A stretch of 64,000 bases of DNA from the NCBI GenBank assembly GCA_965223325.1, contig CBDCWI010000002.1, forward strand, positions 96,001 through 160,000, written 5' to 3'. How positions within the stretch are numbered: the stretch's first letter is position 1; every line of letters starts with the position of its first letter. Below the pieces are notes generated by a model. It did no database searches. It was not told the origin of the DNA and saw only the letters and a program-made list of their open reading frames with translations. The DNA comes from Candidatus Multivoradales bacterium (GTDB lineage Bacteria; Acidobacteriota; Thermoanaerobaculia; Multivoradales; Multivoraceae). Shown piece after piece: positions 10,139-19,593 of the stretch. A program made the position numbers and the translations under genes.

Positions 10139-10432
10139 AGGCTGTCTAGAGGCGGCACCGCAGAAGGTCGTGCAAGGTTTCAGACCGGTTTTGCGTCTCT
10201 TCAACAGAGAGGCCGACAACGGGTCGGCCTGCGGTCCGAACGCCCTGGGGCGCCCGGCCGCGTGATATGTTGCACGGTCTTCTGAGCAGTCCACAGCCCG
10301 AAGCACCCCAGCCCTCACCTAGAGCGAGGACCTTTCGCGAGGACAGGGTGCACCAGCCGTCCGGTTCGACATCGATGGCCGGCGGGGAGCGAGTGGGCGG
10401 CCGCAGACCCACACGAGAGAGTTAGGTTTCAC

Positions 10433-10870
10433 ATGGTCAACAAAGTCATCCTCATCGGCAACCTCGGGCGCGACCCGGAGCTCCGTACCATTCCCAGCGG
10501 TCAGGCGGTGGCCAAGTTCAGCCTGGCGACCAATCGGCGGTGGAAAGACCGCGATGGCAACCGCCAGGACGAGACCGAGTGGCACAACATCGTCGTCTGG
10601 GGCCGTCAAGCCGAGATTGCCGGCCAGTACCTCAGCAAGGGGCGCAAGGTCTACATCGAGGGTCGGATCCAGACCCGGTCATGGGACGACAAGGAGACCG
10701 GTCAGAAGAAGTACATGACCGAGATCATCTGCGAGAACTTCCAGATGCTCGGCGGCCGCGACGACGGCGGCAGCTACGGCGGTGGCGGTGGCGACCGGCC
10801 CCAGCCTCCCGGGGGGAGCCACGATCAGGGCTTCGACGCAGGCGGCGCCGACGACGACATCCCGTTCTAG
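10433..10870 (+). CDS. ssb: single-stranded DNA-binding protein
   Basis: [18 protein letters not shown], acidic tail DDDIPF. Confidence 0.98.
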   Translation: MVNKVILIGNLGRDPELRTIPSGQAVAKFSLATNRRWKDRDGNRQDETEWHNIVVWGRQAEIAGQYLSKGRKVYIEGRIQTRSWDDKETGQKKYMTEIICENFQMLGGRDDGGSYGGGGGDRPQPPGGSHDQGFDAGGADDDIPF

Positions 10871-10980
10871 GAGTCTTCTGACCACGCCCCTTCCTGGAGC
10901 GGGGACCCGAGAGGCCGAACGGGTTGCACTGCGAGGGAAGGGGCGCGGTGCGCTCTCTTTCCTTCGCCGACGGGTGCCGT

Positions 10981-11940
10981 CTATGAGCCCGCCAGCATGC
11001 GAATCGGACTGGGGGAGAAGGAGAGCACGAAGATCGCGAGGGCGAAGAGGGCGATGGCGAGGCGGGCACGCCCGAGTGCAGGTCCCTGCCTCTCCAGCGG
11101 TGGATGGCGAAGCTTGAGAACCAGCGCGATCAGTGCCCACAGCCACCAGCCAGGCCAGGCCAGGAAGCCGCCCGCCACCAACGCCAGGAGCGTGCCGTAG
11201 GCGGCGATTCGGTGCAGCCGTGGTGACAGGGAGTAGAGAATATGTCCGCCGTCGAGTTGTCCGATCGGCAACAGGTTGAGGCAGGTCACCAACATGCCGA
11301 CCCAGCCGGCGAGGGCGAGCGGGTGGAGCAGGACGCGGGCCGGGTCGAGGTCGGGACGTAGCCAGGTGACCAGAAGGTCCTGGCCCAGGGTGCGACCCGG
11401 CAACAGCCATGCCATGGAGTCCGCCGGTGCACCCAGTAGCGGGCTCGATTTCGCGATGCCGATCGCCAGAATGGGGACCAGGACGACGAAGCCCGCGATC
11501 GGCCCCGAAACTCCTACATCGAACAAGCTGGTGCGGCTGGGAATCTGTGACCGTACGCGGATGAAGGCTCCGAACGTCCCGAGGCCTAGTGGTGCCGGTA
11601 GGAAGCGGGGGATGCTTGCGGCGATGCCATGGCGACGGCACGCCAGCCAATGACCAGCCTCATGGGCACCGAGGATCGCGATCACGCCGAGAGCGAAGGT
11701 GAGTCCGAAGGAGCGCGCCGCCGGGTCCTGGAGGAGACGACGAACCGCAGTCGGACCGAGCCACAATGGGTCGTCATCGTCGACCAGGCCGTCCGACCAC
11801 GCCGGCGCCAATGTCGTCATCGTCAGCAGAGTGGCGACCACCAAGAGGGCGCCGATGAAGACCTCGCGCCTCTCTGACGCCGGTCGATTCCTCGGCTGCG
11901 CCGGTCGAGGGCTTTCGGGGGACGGACCATCGGGACGCAT
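10981..11940 (-). CDS. site-2 protease family (M50) membrane metalloprotease
   Basis: HEAGH, GTFGAFI, GPIAG, NLLPIGQLDGGH, multiple TM segments. Confidence 0.92.
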   Translation of the reverse strand: MRPDGPSPESPRPAQPRNRPASERREVFIGALLVVATLLTMTTLAPAWSDGLVDDDDPLWLGPTAVRRLLQDPAARSFGLTFALGVIAILGAHEAGHWLACRRHGIAASIPRFLPAPLGLGTFGAFIRVRSQIPSRTSLFDVGVSGPIAGFVVLVPILAIGIAKSSPLLGAPADSMAWLLPGRTLGQDLLVTWLRPDLDPARVLLHPLALAGWVGMLVTCLNLLPIGQLDGGHILYSLSPRLHRIAAYGTLLALVAGGFLAWPGWWLWALIALVLKLRHPPLERQGPALGRARLAIALFALAIFVLSFSPSPIRMLAGS

Positions 11941-12008
11941 GCCCCCGAGTCCGAAACTTCCAGAACCGTCGACGCTCGCGCGGCGTCCCGACGGCGGCCG
12001 AGACTGGA

Positions 12009-12275
12009 TCAGATGTCCCTCAGGTCCTTCCCAGGTTTGAAGCGCACAGTCTTGCCGGGTGCGATCTCGACCTCGACACCGGTCTTGGGGTTGCGACCAA
12101 CACCCTTCTTGCGATCGCGTACCTGAAAGACACCGAAGCCGCGCAGTTCGATGCGCTTACCCTCGGAGAGTGCGTTCTTCATGGCGTCGAGGATGGTGTC
12201 GACGGCGACGGCCGCTTTCACCCGCGAGACATCTGAGGTCTCGGCGATCTTGTTGACGATGTCGGCTTTGATCAT
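12009..12275 (-). CDS. HU/IHF family nucleoid DNA-binding protein
   Basis: IELRGFGVF, GRNPKTG, RFKPGKDL. Confidence 0.95.
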   Translation of the reverse strand: MIKADIVNKIAETSDVSRVKAAVAVDTILDAMKNALSEGKRIELRGFGVFQVRDRKKGVGRNPKTGVEVEIAPGKTVRFKPGKDLRDI

Positions 12276-12300
12276 TCAGGAACTCCAGGAAAGGGGAAGC

Positions 12301-12329
12301 AGAATAGCAACGGCAGGGACCTCTGTCAA
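12301..12329 (-). promoter_or_regulatory. sigma-70-type promoter of the HU/IHF gene
   Basis: Minus strand reads TTGACA (12329-12324), 17 nt, then TATTCT (12306-12301), with an extended -10 TG. Confidence 0.75.
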
Positions 12330-12448
12330 TTCAGACAGCGTCATGTAAGCCACACGAAACAAAGGATTTAGCGAGCCGAAGCAGAAGTCGCAGGCGAGCC
12401 TCGCTCGGCGAGTTTCAGAGCGTTCAGAACCAGTCGAGCGGTGCCCGC

Positions 12449-13768
12449 TCAACTGGCGACGTTGGCCTCGCGCTTCTTCGAGCGCATGATACAAGCCGCC
12501 AGCGCACGGCCTACTGCGTCGGCAACGGTCTTTTGTTCTTCGAGCTCATTGGCTCGTGTCGATCGCCCGTTCAGGTCCGAGAACAGGACGGCAACGACGC
12601 GTTCGCCGACGCGAACGGGGAGGGCGTAGCAGCTCTCGGCCAGGGGCGCATTCCAGCACGCCATCAGGCGGATGTTCGCGTCCATCGGAGGTAGCGGTCC
12701 AAAGAAGAAGTCCGACCCGAGTTTGACGTTGAGGAAAACGGATGGTTCGGCGGGAGATGTTCGCCATTCGCGCAGGCTCTCGAGATCGAGATCGGTACCG
12801 CTTCCCGCCAGGCCTCGGAAGCAGCCGTCGGGTGTCGCCAGCAGCATCGCGACGCGCCGATAACGAGTTCCAAGGTAGGCGACCGCTTGTTGGGCGATCT
12901 GTTCGCGACCTGGAGCGGTAACGATCTTGTCGAGGAACTCGTCGAGGGTTGCCGCCACCGCCAGGGGAGCGGTGGTCACTGGCTCCTCTGAGTCCGGCAG
13001 GCAGTCGGGATCGAGCGCCGGGAAACTGTTGGTCTCGCGGGTTGTCGCGTGCGCTGCTTCGATCTCGTGGACGTCGGGGTCATCGCCCGCCGGGCTTGGT
13101 CGGGTCGTCACGCCGAGCGCGCTGGCGGCGGGCGGCAGTTCGAGGCGCGCTGATCCCTCGAGCGACTCCATCGGCTCGATCTCGTCATCTGGTACTTCGA
13201 AGCTCGTCCCGTCGAGCCCCAGATCGAGACCGCTCAGGTCGAGCGGGCGGGTCGTGACCTGAGGAAGGTCAGGATTCAGCGTCACCGCGGTTGGGTCCTC
13301 CTCCTGAAGGCGGTCGAAGAGTCGCCGGAAGCGCTGCGTCGTCTGTCGCTGGTAGTAGCGCTCGAGTGCGATCTCGATACGGTGCTCGTTGGCGACGTGT
13401 GGCCGGATCCCGTGACCGCAGGCAAAGGTGATCTCGTCGATGGCCAGCAGATCCTTGACATCGAGCATCGCGACCCAGAGCTCGCCACCCAGTAGCCTGT
13501 ACGGCACCGCGCGACAACGCACGGCCGTCTTGCGGTCGAGCACCGACAAGATCTGGCGCGGAACGTTCTGGAGATCGAGCGGTTTGACCGCGTCGGTGCC
13601 CAGCTGTTTGGCCAGCGCCTGGTTGAGCAGCTGCTCGTTGAGGGCGTCGACCTCCAGGAGACAGGTCCCGAGGCGCCCGCCGAGCACACTCTGAGCCTGA
13701 AGCGCCCTTTGCAGGTCCGTTTCGCTGATCCATCCCAGTTCGAGGAGGAGCTGTCCAAGGCGTTTCAC
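12449..13768 (-). CDS. MshEN/GspE-N domain protein (no ATPase) with C-terminal GAF-like region
   Basis: Tandem RLGQLLLELGWISETDLQRALQAQ and RLGTCLLEVDALNEQLLNQALAKQ, followed by AVPY..LWVAM. GTG start chosen at 13768 (uncertain). Confidence 0.75.
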   Translation of the reverse strand: MKRLGQLLLELGWISETDLQRALQAQSVLGGRLGTCLLEVDALNEQLLNQALAKQLGTDAVKPLDLQNVPRQILSVLDRKTAVRCRAVPYRLLGGELWVAMLDVKDLLAIDEITFACGHGIRPHVANEHRIEIALERYYQRQTTQRFRRLFDRLQEEDPTAVTLNPDLPQVTTRPLDLSGLDLGLDGTSFEVPDDEIEPMESLEGSARLELPPAASALGVTTRPSPAGDDPDVHEIEAAHATTRETNSFPALDPDCLPDSEEPVTTAPLAVAATLDEFLDKIVTAPGREQIAQQAVAYLGTRYRRVAMLLATPDGCFRGLAGSGTDLDLESLREWRTSPAEPSVFLNVKLGSDFFFGPLPPMDANIRLMACWNAPLAESCYALPVRVGERVVAVLFSDLNGRSTRANELEEQKTVADAVGRALAACIMRSKKREANVAS

Positions 13769-13997
13769 GGGGATCTTGGGGAGGAGTGGCCTTTGGCGTT
13801 CTTTGGGTGAGGACTCGCTAGCGTCGTTCGAGCGTTGCGATTCCAGAGAGCAGGGGAGGGGCGGTGTCATCGGGCTGGCAGAGGCCTGAATGCCGCTGGA
13901 AACTCGCAATTATAGTGTTCAGTTGACGGCCAGACAATCTCAGCGAGGTGCGCGAGCCTTGTAAAGCTCGTCGCCCGGTTGATACTGTTCGCCTCCT

Positions 13998-16154
13998 ATG
14001 CGTGTGGTTTCGCCCACTCTGAGCGCCCTCAGAGCGCCCCTCCCGCCTGCCCTCTGCGCCCTTTTGATCGCGCTGTGCCTGGTGCTTTCGGCCACCGGCC
14101 TCCTGGTTGCTCCGGCGCGAGCCGCAGAGGACGCCCCGGCAGGCCGGCAGGAGGCGGCATTCCAGTTCGCCACTGCCCGTGAGGCAGCCGCCGTCGGCAA
14201 GACGGGGGAGGCGCTGGCGGCGTTCGAACGGGCGCTCGAGCTCGATCCCGAGGCCCCCTATCTGCGGGTCGAGTACGCCGATCTGCTGTTCCGGCTGCGA
14301 CGGTTGCCTGAGGCTGCGGAGCAGATCGAGGCGGCCCGTGCGCTCGGTGGCCCCAACGACTTCGACGTGCTGTCGCTCTACGGTCAGATTCACTTCGCCT
14401 GGGCCTCGTCAGAACCAGCGGCGGGCGAGAAGGCACTCGAGGCCTTCGAGCGCTTGCGACGCGAACGCCCTGAAGACATCTCGGCGATGCTCAGTCTTGC
14501 CCAGTTGCAAAGTGGCATGGGACGACCCGACGCGGCGATCGAGGTGGTCCGAGAACTGGTCAGTTACCACCCGGCGAACCGCCAGCTGAGCCGGCTGCTG
14601 GTGCAGGCCCTGCAGGAAGCAGGCCGCAATGAAGAGGCTGAAGCGGTGCTGGCCGACATCCTACGTCTCGACGACGAGGCTCTCGAAAGTCGACTCGAGT
14701 TGGCGCGTCTACAGAGTGAACGCGGCAACCACAGTGCCGCCATCGACGCCCTGTCCTCGGCTGGTCCCGAGATCCGCAACGACGCCCGCCTCAGAAGCCA
14801 ACTGGCCGAGGAGCACTTTCGGCGTGCACTGGCACCTGGAATCGTCAACCAACAGCGCCAGAGTGACCTGGTCGACTCCGAGCGCATACTCGATGCGCTC
14901 TTGACGGACCACCCGGATTCGCTGCACGCCCGTTTCCTGCGTGCCCGGGTGCGCGGCCAGACGGGTCGCTTCGCCGAAGCGGTCGACGACCTCGAAGTGG
15001 TGCATGAAGGCGCGCCACTCGATCCCACAACAGTCGGTCTCCTGGCGCGCTACCTCGAGGAAGCGGGCCGTCAGGACGAGGCGGCGGAGCTCCTCCAGGG
15101 AGTCGCCCAGGACATTGCGATGACCCGCGAGGGCGCCGCCGCACCGCGCGCGGGCGCCGACGACCTGCGCGAGCAGCTGCTCGGACTCGAAGCGCGGCGG
15201 GGGGGCTGGGAGAGCGTCGCGCGGCTGTCTCGCGAACTCCTCGAAAACCGCGAGCCGGGAGTCGAGAGACTGGCGCTCCTCGAGTTGCACCTGGATGCGC
15301 TGGTGAGACTGGGCGAGGGTAGGAAGGCACTCGACGCGATTGCCCGCGAGGAGAAGCGTAGTCAGTCCAACGTAACGCTCTTGCTGCTACGCGCCCAGGT
15401 GCAGAAAGACATGGACCGACCGAGCAAGGCCGTACGCACGCTCGAAGACCCGCTTTTTGATCAACCACTCGAGCGTCCGGTGCTTCTTCGGCGTGCCGAC
15501 CTGCTTTGGGACCTCGGCCAGGAGGATCTGGCACGCAGTTCACTGCTCGAGCAGGCCAAGATCGGATCACTCGACGAGACCTTTGCTGCAGGCCAGTTCT
15601 TGTCGCTCAAGGAGGAGTATTCCGCGGCGACACCGTTGCTCATCCAGGCGGCTGAAGGAACACCGGAAGACGAGACCTTCGCCCATACGGAGCGCTGGTT
15701 CTGGCTTGGCCAGGCACACGAGCGGTTGGGGCGCCATGACGAGGCCGCGCGAGCCTTCGAGAAGGTCCTGGCGCTCGAACCACAGCACGCCCCGGCACTC
15801 AACTATCTCGGCTACATGTGGGCCGACCTGGGCATCAATCTCGAGCGTGCCGTGGAACTGATCCGTCAGGCGGTGGCCCAGCAACCCGACAACGGCGCCT
15901 ACGTCGACTCCCTCGGCTGGGCGCAGTTTCGTCTTGGCGAGCTCGAGACTGCGCGCGATACCCTCGAGCGCGCGGTGGAACTGGTCGGAAGCGACGCGAC
16001 GGTGCTCGAGCACCTCGGAGACGTCTACGTGGCGCTCGGCGAGCTCGATCGAGCGCGCGAGATGTACCAGCAGGCACTCGAGATCAACGACGACGAGAAC
16101 GTCGAGACGGTGCGCGAGAAGCTCTCTCGCATCGATCGCGATCCACCGCAGTAA
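13998..16154 (+). CDS. exported TPR-repeat protein
   Basis: N-terminal signal peptide, many TPRs, C-terminal ALNYLGYMWAD...YVDSLGW...LEHLGDVY. Confidence 0.9.
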   Translation: MRVVSPTLSALRAPLPPALCALLIALCLVLSATGLLVAPARAAEDAPAGRQEAAFQFATAREAAAVGKTGEALAAFERALELDPEAPYLRVEYADLLFRLRRLPEAAEQIEAARALGGPNDFDVLSLYGQIHFAWASSEPAAGEKALEAFERLRRERPEDISAMLSLAQLQSGMGRPDAAIEVVRELVSYHPANRQLSRLLVQALQEAGRNEEAEAVLADILRLDDEALESRLELARLQSERGNHSAAIDALSSAGPEIRNDARLRSQLAEEHFRRALAPGIVNQQRQSDLVDSERILDALLTDHPDSLHARFLRARVRGQTGRFAEAVDDLEVVHEGAPLDPTTVGLLARYLEEAGRQDEAAELLQGVAQDIAMTREGAAAPRAGADDLREQLLGLEARRGGWESVARLSRELLENREPGVERLALLELHLDALVRLGEGRKALDAIAREEKRSQSNVTLLLLRAQVQKDMDRPSKAVRTLEDPLFDQPLERPVLLRRADLLWDLGQEDLARSSLLEQAKIGSLDETFAAGQFLSLKEEYSAATPLLIQAAEGTPEDETFAHTERWFWLGQAHERLGRHDEAARAFEKVLALEPQHAPALNYLGYMWADLGINLERAVELIRQAVAQQPDNGAYVDSLGWAQFRLGELETARDTLERAVELVGSDATVLEHLGDVYVALGELDRAREMYQQALEINDDENVETVREKLSRIDRDPPQ

Positions 16155-16165
16155 GAAGCGCCTCG

Positions 16166-16957
16166 GTGCTCGAGCCAGCACGTTGGTGGTGCGACTTCCT
16201 GCCGCGGCAAACGGGGATAGCGCTCGGAGTGGTCACAATCCTCTCTGGCGGTCTCTTTCTTGGCTGTGCCGGCAGTCGGGGAGTCGGCGTGCCCACGGCC
16301 GGTCTCAGTGCGGATCCGCCGGAGGCGTCGGCCGCTGACACCGTCTTTCTCCTTCCGGCGGCCTGGAGTTCTACCCAGGCGATTTTCCGGCTGCGCTACT
16401 CCGGCCCAGCAGGAAGTGCGACCCCACGTCTCGTCGTGCGTATTGAAGAGCCCGGTCGATTCCGGTTCGATGCCACCGAATTGGGTCGCAAGATCTGGAG
16501 TCTCGAGGTCTATGAGGGGGGAGCGCTTTCGCTCGATCATCGCAACCGGACCTGGTGTTTGTGGCGGGGCGCAGTCGACCTGGGAGTGGTGCCTCTAGGA
16601 CCGATTGCACCGGTCTCCTTGCCGCTCCTGTTGGCCGGTCGATTGCCGGTCGCGGCGGCGCGCGATGTGCGTTCCGGCGACGGGCAGTTGCACTTCGTCG
16701 ACTCCCGTGACCGCTCCTGGGACGTTCTGCTCGATGCAGCCGGCGAGCCGGTGTCATGGATGGTGCGTGAGGCTGGAGAGCCCGCCTTCTGGTTCCGTGC
16801 TCTCGGGCCGAGTGGAGGCGTTCTATCGGCCGCCGAAGGCCTGCAACTCGAATGGCACCGCAGGATGCGCGAGGCGCTCGAGGTCGCTCTCGAAGATTCT
16901 CCTCGACCACCGACCGGTTGGTCGGAAAACTGCGAAGTCATTAGCGCAGATGCCTGA
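16166..16957 (+). CDS. putative lipoprotein, positionally and possibly structurally LolB-like
   Basis: Hydrophobic stretch ending in lipobox LFLGC and a beta-rich body. Follows the TPR gene as lolB does in Proteobacteria. Start is uncertain. Confidence 0.55.
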   Translation: MLEPARWWCDFLPRQTGIALGVVTILSGGLFLGCAGSRGVGVPTAGLSADPPEASAADTVFLLPAAWSSTQAIFRLRYSGPAGSATPRLVVRIEEPGRFRFDATELGRKIWSLEVYEGGALSLDHRNRTWCLWRGAVDLGVVPLGPIAPVSLPLLLAGRLPVAAARDVRSGDGQLHFVDSRDRSWDVLLDAAGEPVSWMVREAGEPAFWFRALGPSGGVLSAAEGLQLEWHRRMREALEVALEDSPRPPTGWSENCEVISADA

Positions 16958-16999
16958 AACTCAATAGCGATCTGTAAACGGGGCGATGAAATGAAAACG

Positions 17000-17025
17000 C
17001 CCATCATTGGATCCCATCATTGGAT
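17000..17025. repeat. exact 13-bp tandem duplication CCCATCATTGGAT x2
   Basis: Copies at 17000-17012 and 17013-17025, followed by the complementary ATGATGG (17026-17032). Confidence 0.85.
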
Positions 17026-17068
17026 ATGATGGAGAAGTAGTCGCCAGCTACGAGCTTGATTGCCTCAC

Positions 17069-17113
17069 GTTCTGATCCCGGGAGTTCGGATCCAGGAAGT
17101 TCCGATTCCGGAG
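17069..17113. repeat. degenerate 15-bp tandem repeat x3
   Basis: GTTCTGATCCCGGGA / GTTCGGATCCAGGAA / GTTCCGATTCCGGAG. Confidence 0.75.
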
Positions 17114-17210
17114 GAGATCAGTTCAACCGACCGTTCGAACCCTCCCGACCGACCCGCCCTGGGAGGGGCGCGTCAACAACGGGGCGAGCGGTTGGGGCGG
17201 AAGCCGGAAG

Positions 17211-17576
17211 GTGGCTACATTGGAGATCACTGAGGTGCGCGTTCAGCCGGTTCGGGAGGCGAGGCTGCGAGCCTTCGTCTCCGTGGTACTCGATGGCTGC
17301 TTCATGGTCCATGACATCAAAGTGATTCGGGGCTACGAAGGTCTCTTTGTGAGCATGCCGAGCCGTCGGCAGCGCAACGGCGAGTTCAGGGACATCGCAC
17401 ACCCCCTCAACCAGGAAACGCGCGACTGGCTCGAGAACCGGGTACTCGACGCCTACCTGGCAACGGTGCCCGATGAAGCGCTCGAGAACCTCGACGAAGC
17501 TGGCCAGAACGTCGACTGCGAGGCGGAGCCATCGGCCAGCGAGGAGCGGTCCATCGAGGCTTCGAAGGGGCTTTGA
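17211..17576 (+). CDS. spoVG: SpoVG family protein
   Basis: EITEVRV, LRAFVSVVLDGCFMVHDIKVI, GLFVSMPSRR, FRDIAHPLN. Confidence 0.93.
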   Translation: MATLEITEVRVQPVREARLRAFVSVVLDGCFMVHDIKVIRGYEGLFVSMPSRRQRNGEFRDIAHPLNQETRDWLENRVLDAYLATVPDEALENLDEAGQNVDCEAEPSASEERSIEASKGL

Positions 17577-17703
17577 AGCGGTGGGTTTGAGCGAGTACTT
17601 GTTGTAGACTGCCGGCGGTCCCGGACAGGTTCCTGCTGCGCAGTCGGCCCACCCTACTTCAGGGTGAACTGGTGGGACGTGAAGATTCGGCCTGTGTGAC
17701 CAC

Positions 17704-17778
17704 TGGGGCGTCGCCAAGTGGTAAGGCACCGGACTTTGGATCCGGCATTCGGGGGTTCGAATCCTCCCGCCCCAACCA
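17704..17778 (+). tRNA. tRNA-Gln (anticodon TTG)
   Basis: TGGGGCG acceptor stem, anticodon arm CCGGA-CTTTGGA-TCCGG, GGTTCGAATCC, encoded CCA. Usual position upstream of prs. Confidence 0.97.
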
Positions 17779-17832
17779 GACGTCTCTTGTCGGCCTCGCT
17801 CACGTTCTCCGAAAACTATCTCCGCGCGAAAC

Positions 17833-18774
17833 ATGTACAGCGAGCTCAAGGTCTTTGGCGGTCGTGCGCATCCGGCCCTGACGCAGGAAATCTGCGACTA
17901 CCTGGAATTGCCCTGCGGCAAGGTCACTGCCTTCGACTTTTCGGATGGCGAAACGTTCTGTCAGATCGAGGAGAACGTTCGCGGCTCGGACGTGTTCATC
18001 GTCCAACCGACTTGTACGCCGGTCAACGACAACCTGGTCGAGCTGTTGATCATGCTCGACGCGTTCAAGCGCTCGTCGGCGTCGAGGGTGACAGCGGTCA
18101 TGCCCTACTACGGCTACGCGCGCCAGGACAAGAAGGACAAGCCACGCGTCCCGATCACCGCCAAACTGATCGCTGACCTGCTCTCGGCGGCCGGCGCGGA
18201 CCGCCTGCTCACCATGGATGTTCACGCGGCACAGATCTCCGGCTACTTCGACATTCCAGTCGATCACCTCTTTGCTGCCCCGGTGCTGCTCGACAAGGTT
18301 CGCGAGCTCGAGATCCCCGACCTGACCATCGTGTCGCCCGACGCCGGTGGCGTCGCGCGCGCTCGCGCGATCGCCAAGCGGTTGGACTGTGACCTGGCGA
18401 TCGTCGACAAACGGCGGGTAGCCGCCAACCAGGCAGAAGTGATGAATGTCATCGGTGACGTCGAGGGTCGCAGCACCCTGATCATTGATGACATCATCGA
18501 CACCGGCGGGACCCTGGTCAACACCGTCGAAGCCCTGCACGAGGGCGGTGCCCGGCGGGTCTACGCGGCCGGTGTGCACGGCGTGCTCTCCGGGCCCGCT
18601 CTCCAGCGCATCAACGAGAGCCGGCTGGAAAGCGTTCTGATCAGCAACACGACACCCCTGGACGACAAACTGGCGGCCTGCGAGAAGCTGGTGCCAATGT
18701 CGGTCGCTCGCCTGCTGGGTGAGGCGATCCGAAGGATTCACGACAACAGTTCGGTGACCTCTCTGTTCGTATAG
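17833..18774 (+). CDS. prs: ribose-phosphate pyrophosphokinase
   Basis: FSDGE, PYYGYARQDKK, VSPDAGG, IDDIIDTGGT. Confidence 0.98.
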   Translation: MYSELKVFGGRAHPALTQEICDYLELPCGKVTAFDFSDGETFCQIEENVRGSDVFIVQPTCTPVNDNLVELLIMLDAFKRSSASRVTAVMPYYGYARQDKKDKPRVPITAKLIADLLSAAGADRLLTMDVHAAQISGYFDIPVDHLFAAPVLLDKVRELEIPDLTIVSPDAGGVARARAIAKRLDCDLAIVDKRRVAANQAEVMNVIGDVEGRSTLIIDDIIDTGGTLVNTVEALHEGGARRVYAAGVHGVLSGPALQRINESRLESVLISNTTPLDDKLAACEKLVPMSVARLLGEAIRRIHDNSSVTSLFV

Positions 18775-18861
18775 CCTCTCTGTTCGCGTAGAACGAGGCT
18801 CGTATCGAACGAGGCACCGTGACCGGCGCTCCGCCAGATGGGCGCCATGAGGAACCGATCG

Positions 18862-19536
18862 ATGAGCGAAGAAACGACACTCCTGGTTGAGAACCGGGAA
18901 GAGAAGGGCAAGAACACCAACCGTCGGCTGCGCGCCACGGGGCACGTCCCCGCGGTGGTCTACGGGGGTGATCGCGATGCGGTCGCCATCAAGGTGTCCA
19001 ACCGCGCGGTCCAGAAGCTCCTACGCGAGTCAGGCGACAACGCCGTCTTCTTGCTGCAGCTCGAAGGAACCGACCAGAAGCGCCACACCATGGTTCACGA
19101 GATCCAGTACGACGCGCTCACCGGCGGTCTCGTGCATATCGACTTTCTGCGGATCAATATGGACGAGAAGGTCCGGGTGTCGGTGCCAGTCGAGATCGTC
19201 GGCACGGCCATCGGCGTCAAGAACGAGGGCGGCGTTCTCGACCACGTCCTGCGCGAAGTCGAGATCGAGTGCCTGCCGGGCGACATTCCATCGAGTCTCG
19301 AGCTCGACGTGTCCGAGCTGCACATCAACGAGCATCTCGAGGCAAAGGACATCGATCTGGCCGGCAAGCTGGAGCTGCTCGAGGAACCGTCACGTGTCAT
19401 CGTTTCGATCGCGGTTCCCAAGCGTCCGACTCTCGACGAGGAAGAGGCAGCCGCTGCCGAGGAGGAGCTGCTCGAGACCGAGGAAGCCGAGCCCGAGGTT
19501 GTCGGCAAGGGCAAGGACGACGAAGAAGAAGCGTGA
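18862..19536 (+). CDS. rplY: 50S ribosomal protein bL25 / Ctc form
   Basis: RRLRATGHVPAVVYG, HIDF, C-terminal Ctc domain, acidic tail. ATG at 18862 follows GAGGA. Confidence 0.96.
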   Translation: MSEETTLLVENREEKGKNTNRRLRATGHVPAVVYGGDRDAVAIKVSNRAVQKLLRESGDNAVFLLQLEGTDQKRHTMVHEIQYDALTGGLVHIDFLRINMDEKVRVSVPVEIVGTAIGVKNEGGVLDHVLREVEIECLPGDIPSSLELDVSELHINEHLEAKDIDLAGKLELLEEPSRVIVSIAVPKRPTLDEEEAAAAEEELLETEEAEPEVVGKGKDDEEEA

Positions 19537-19593
19537 CTGGGGCCCGCGGGTCGTCCTGGTGCTGCCCCGCCGGTTGAGTGCGGCGCGTAGACC

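Noticed and set aside
15818-16165. ORF-track extensions of the lipoprotein, and similarly of recG (37059), the GT4 (39377) and the Asd-like gene (4324)
   Set aside because: They overlap upstream genes, and downstream GTG starts fit translational coupling or signal-peptide position.
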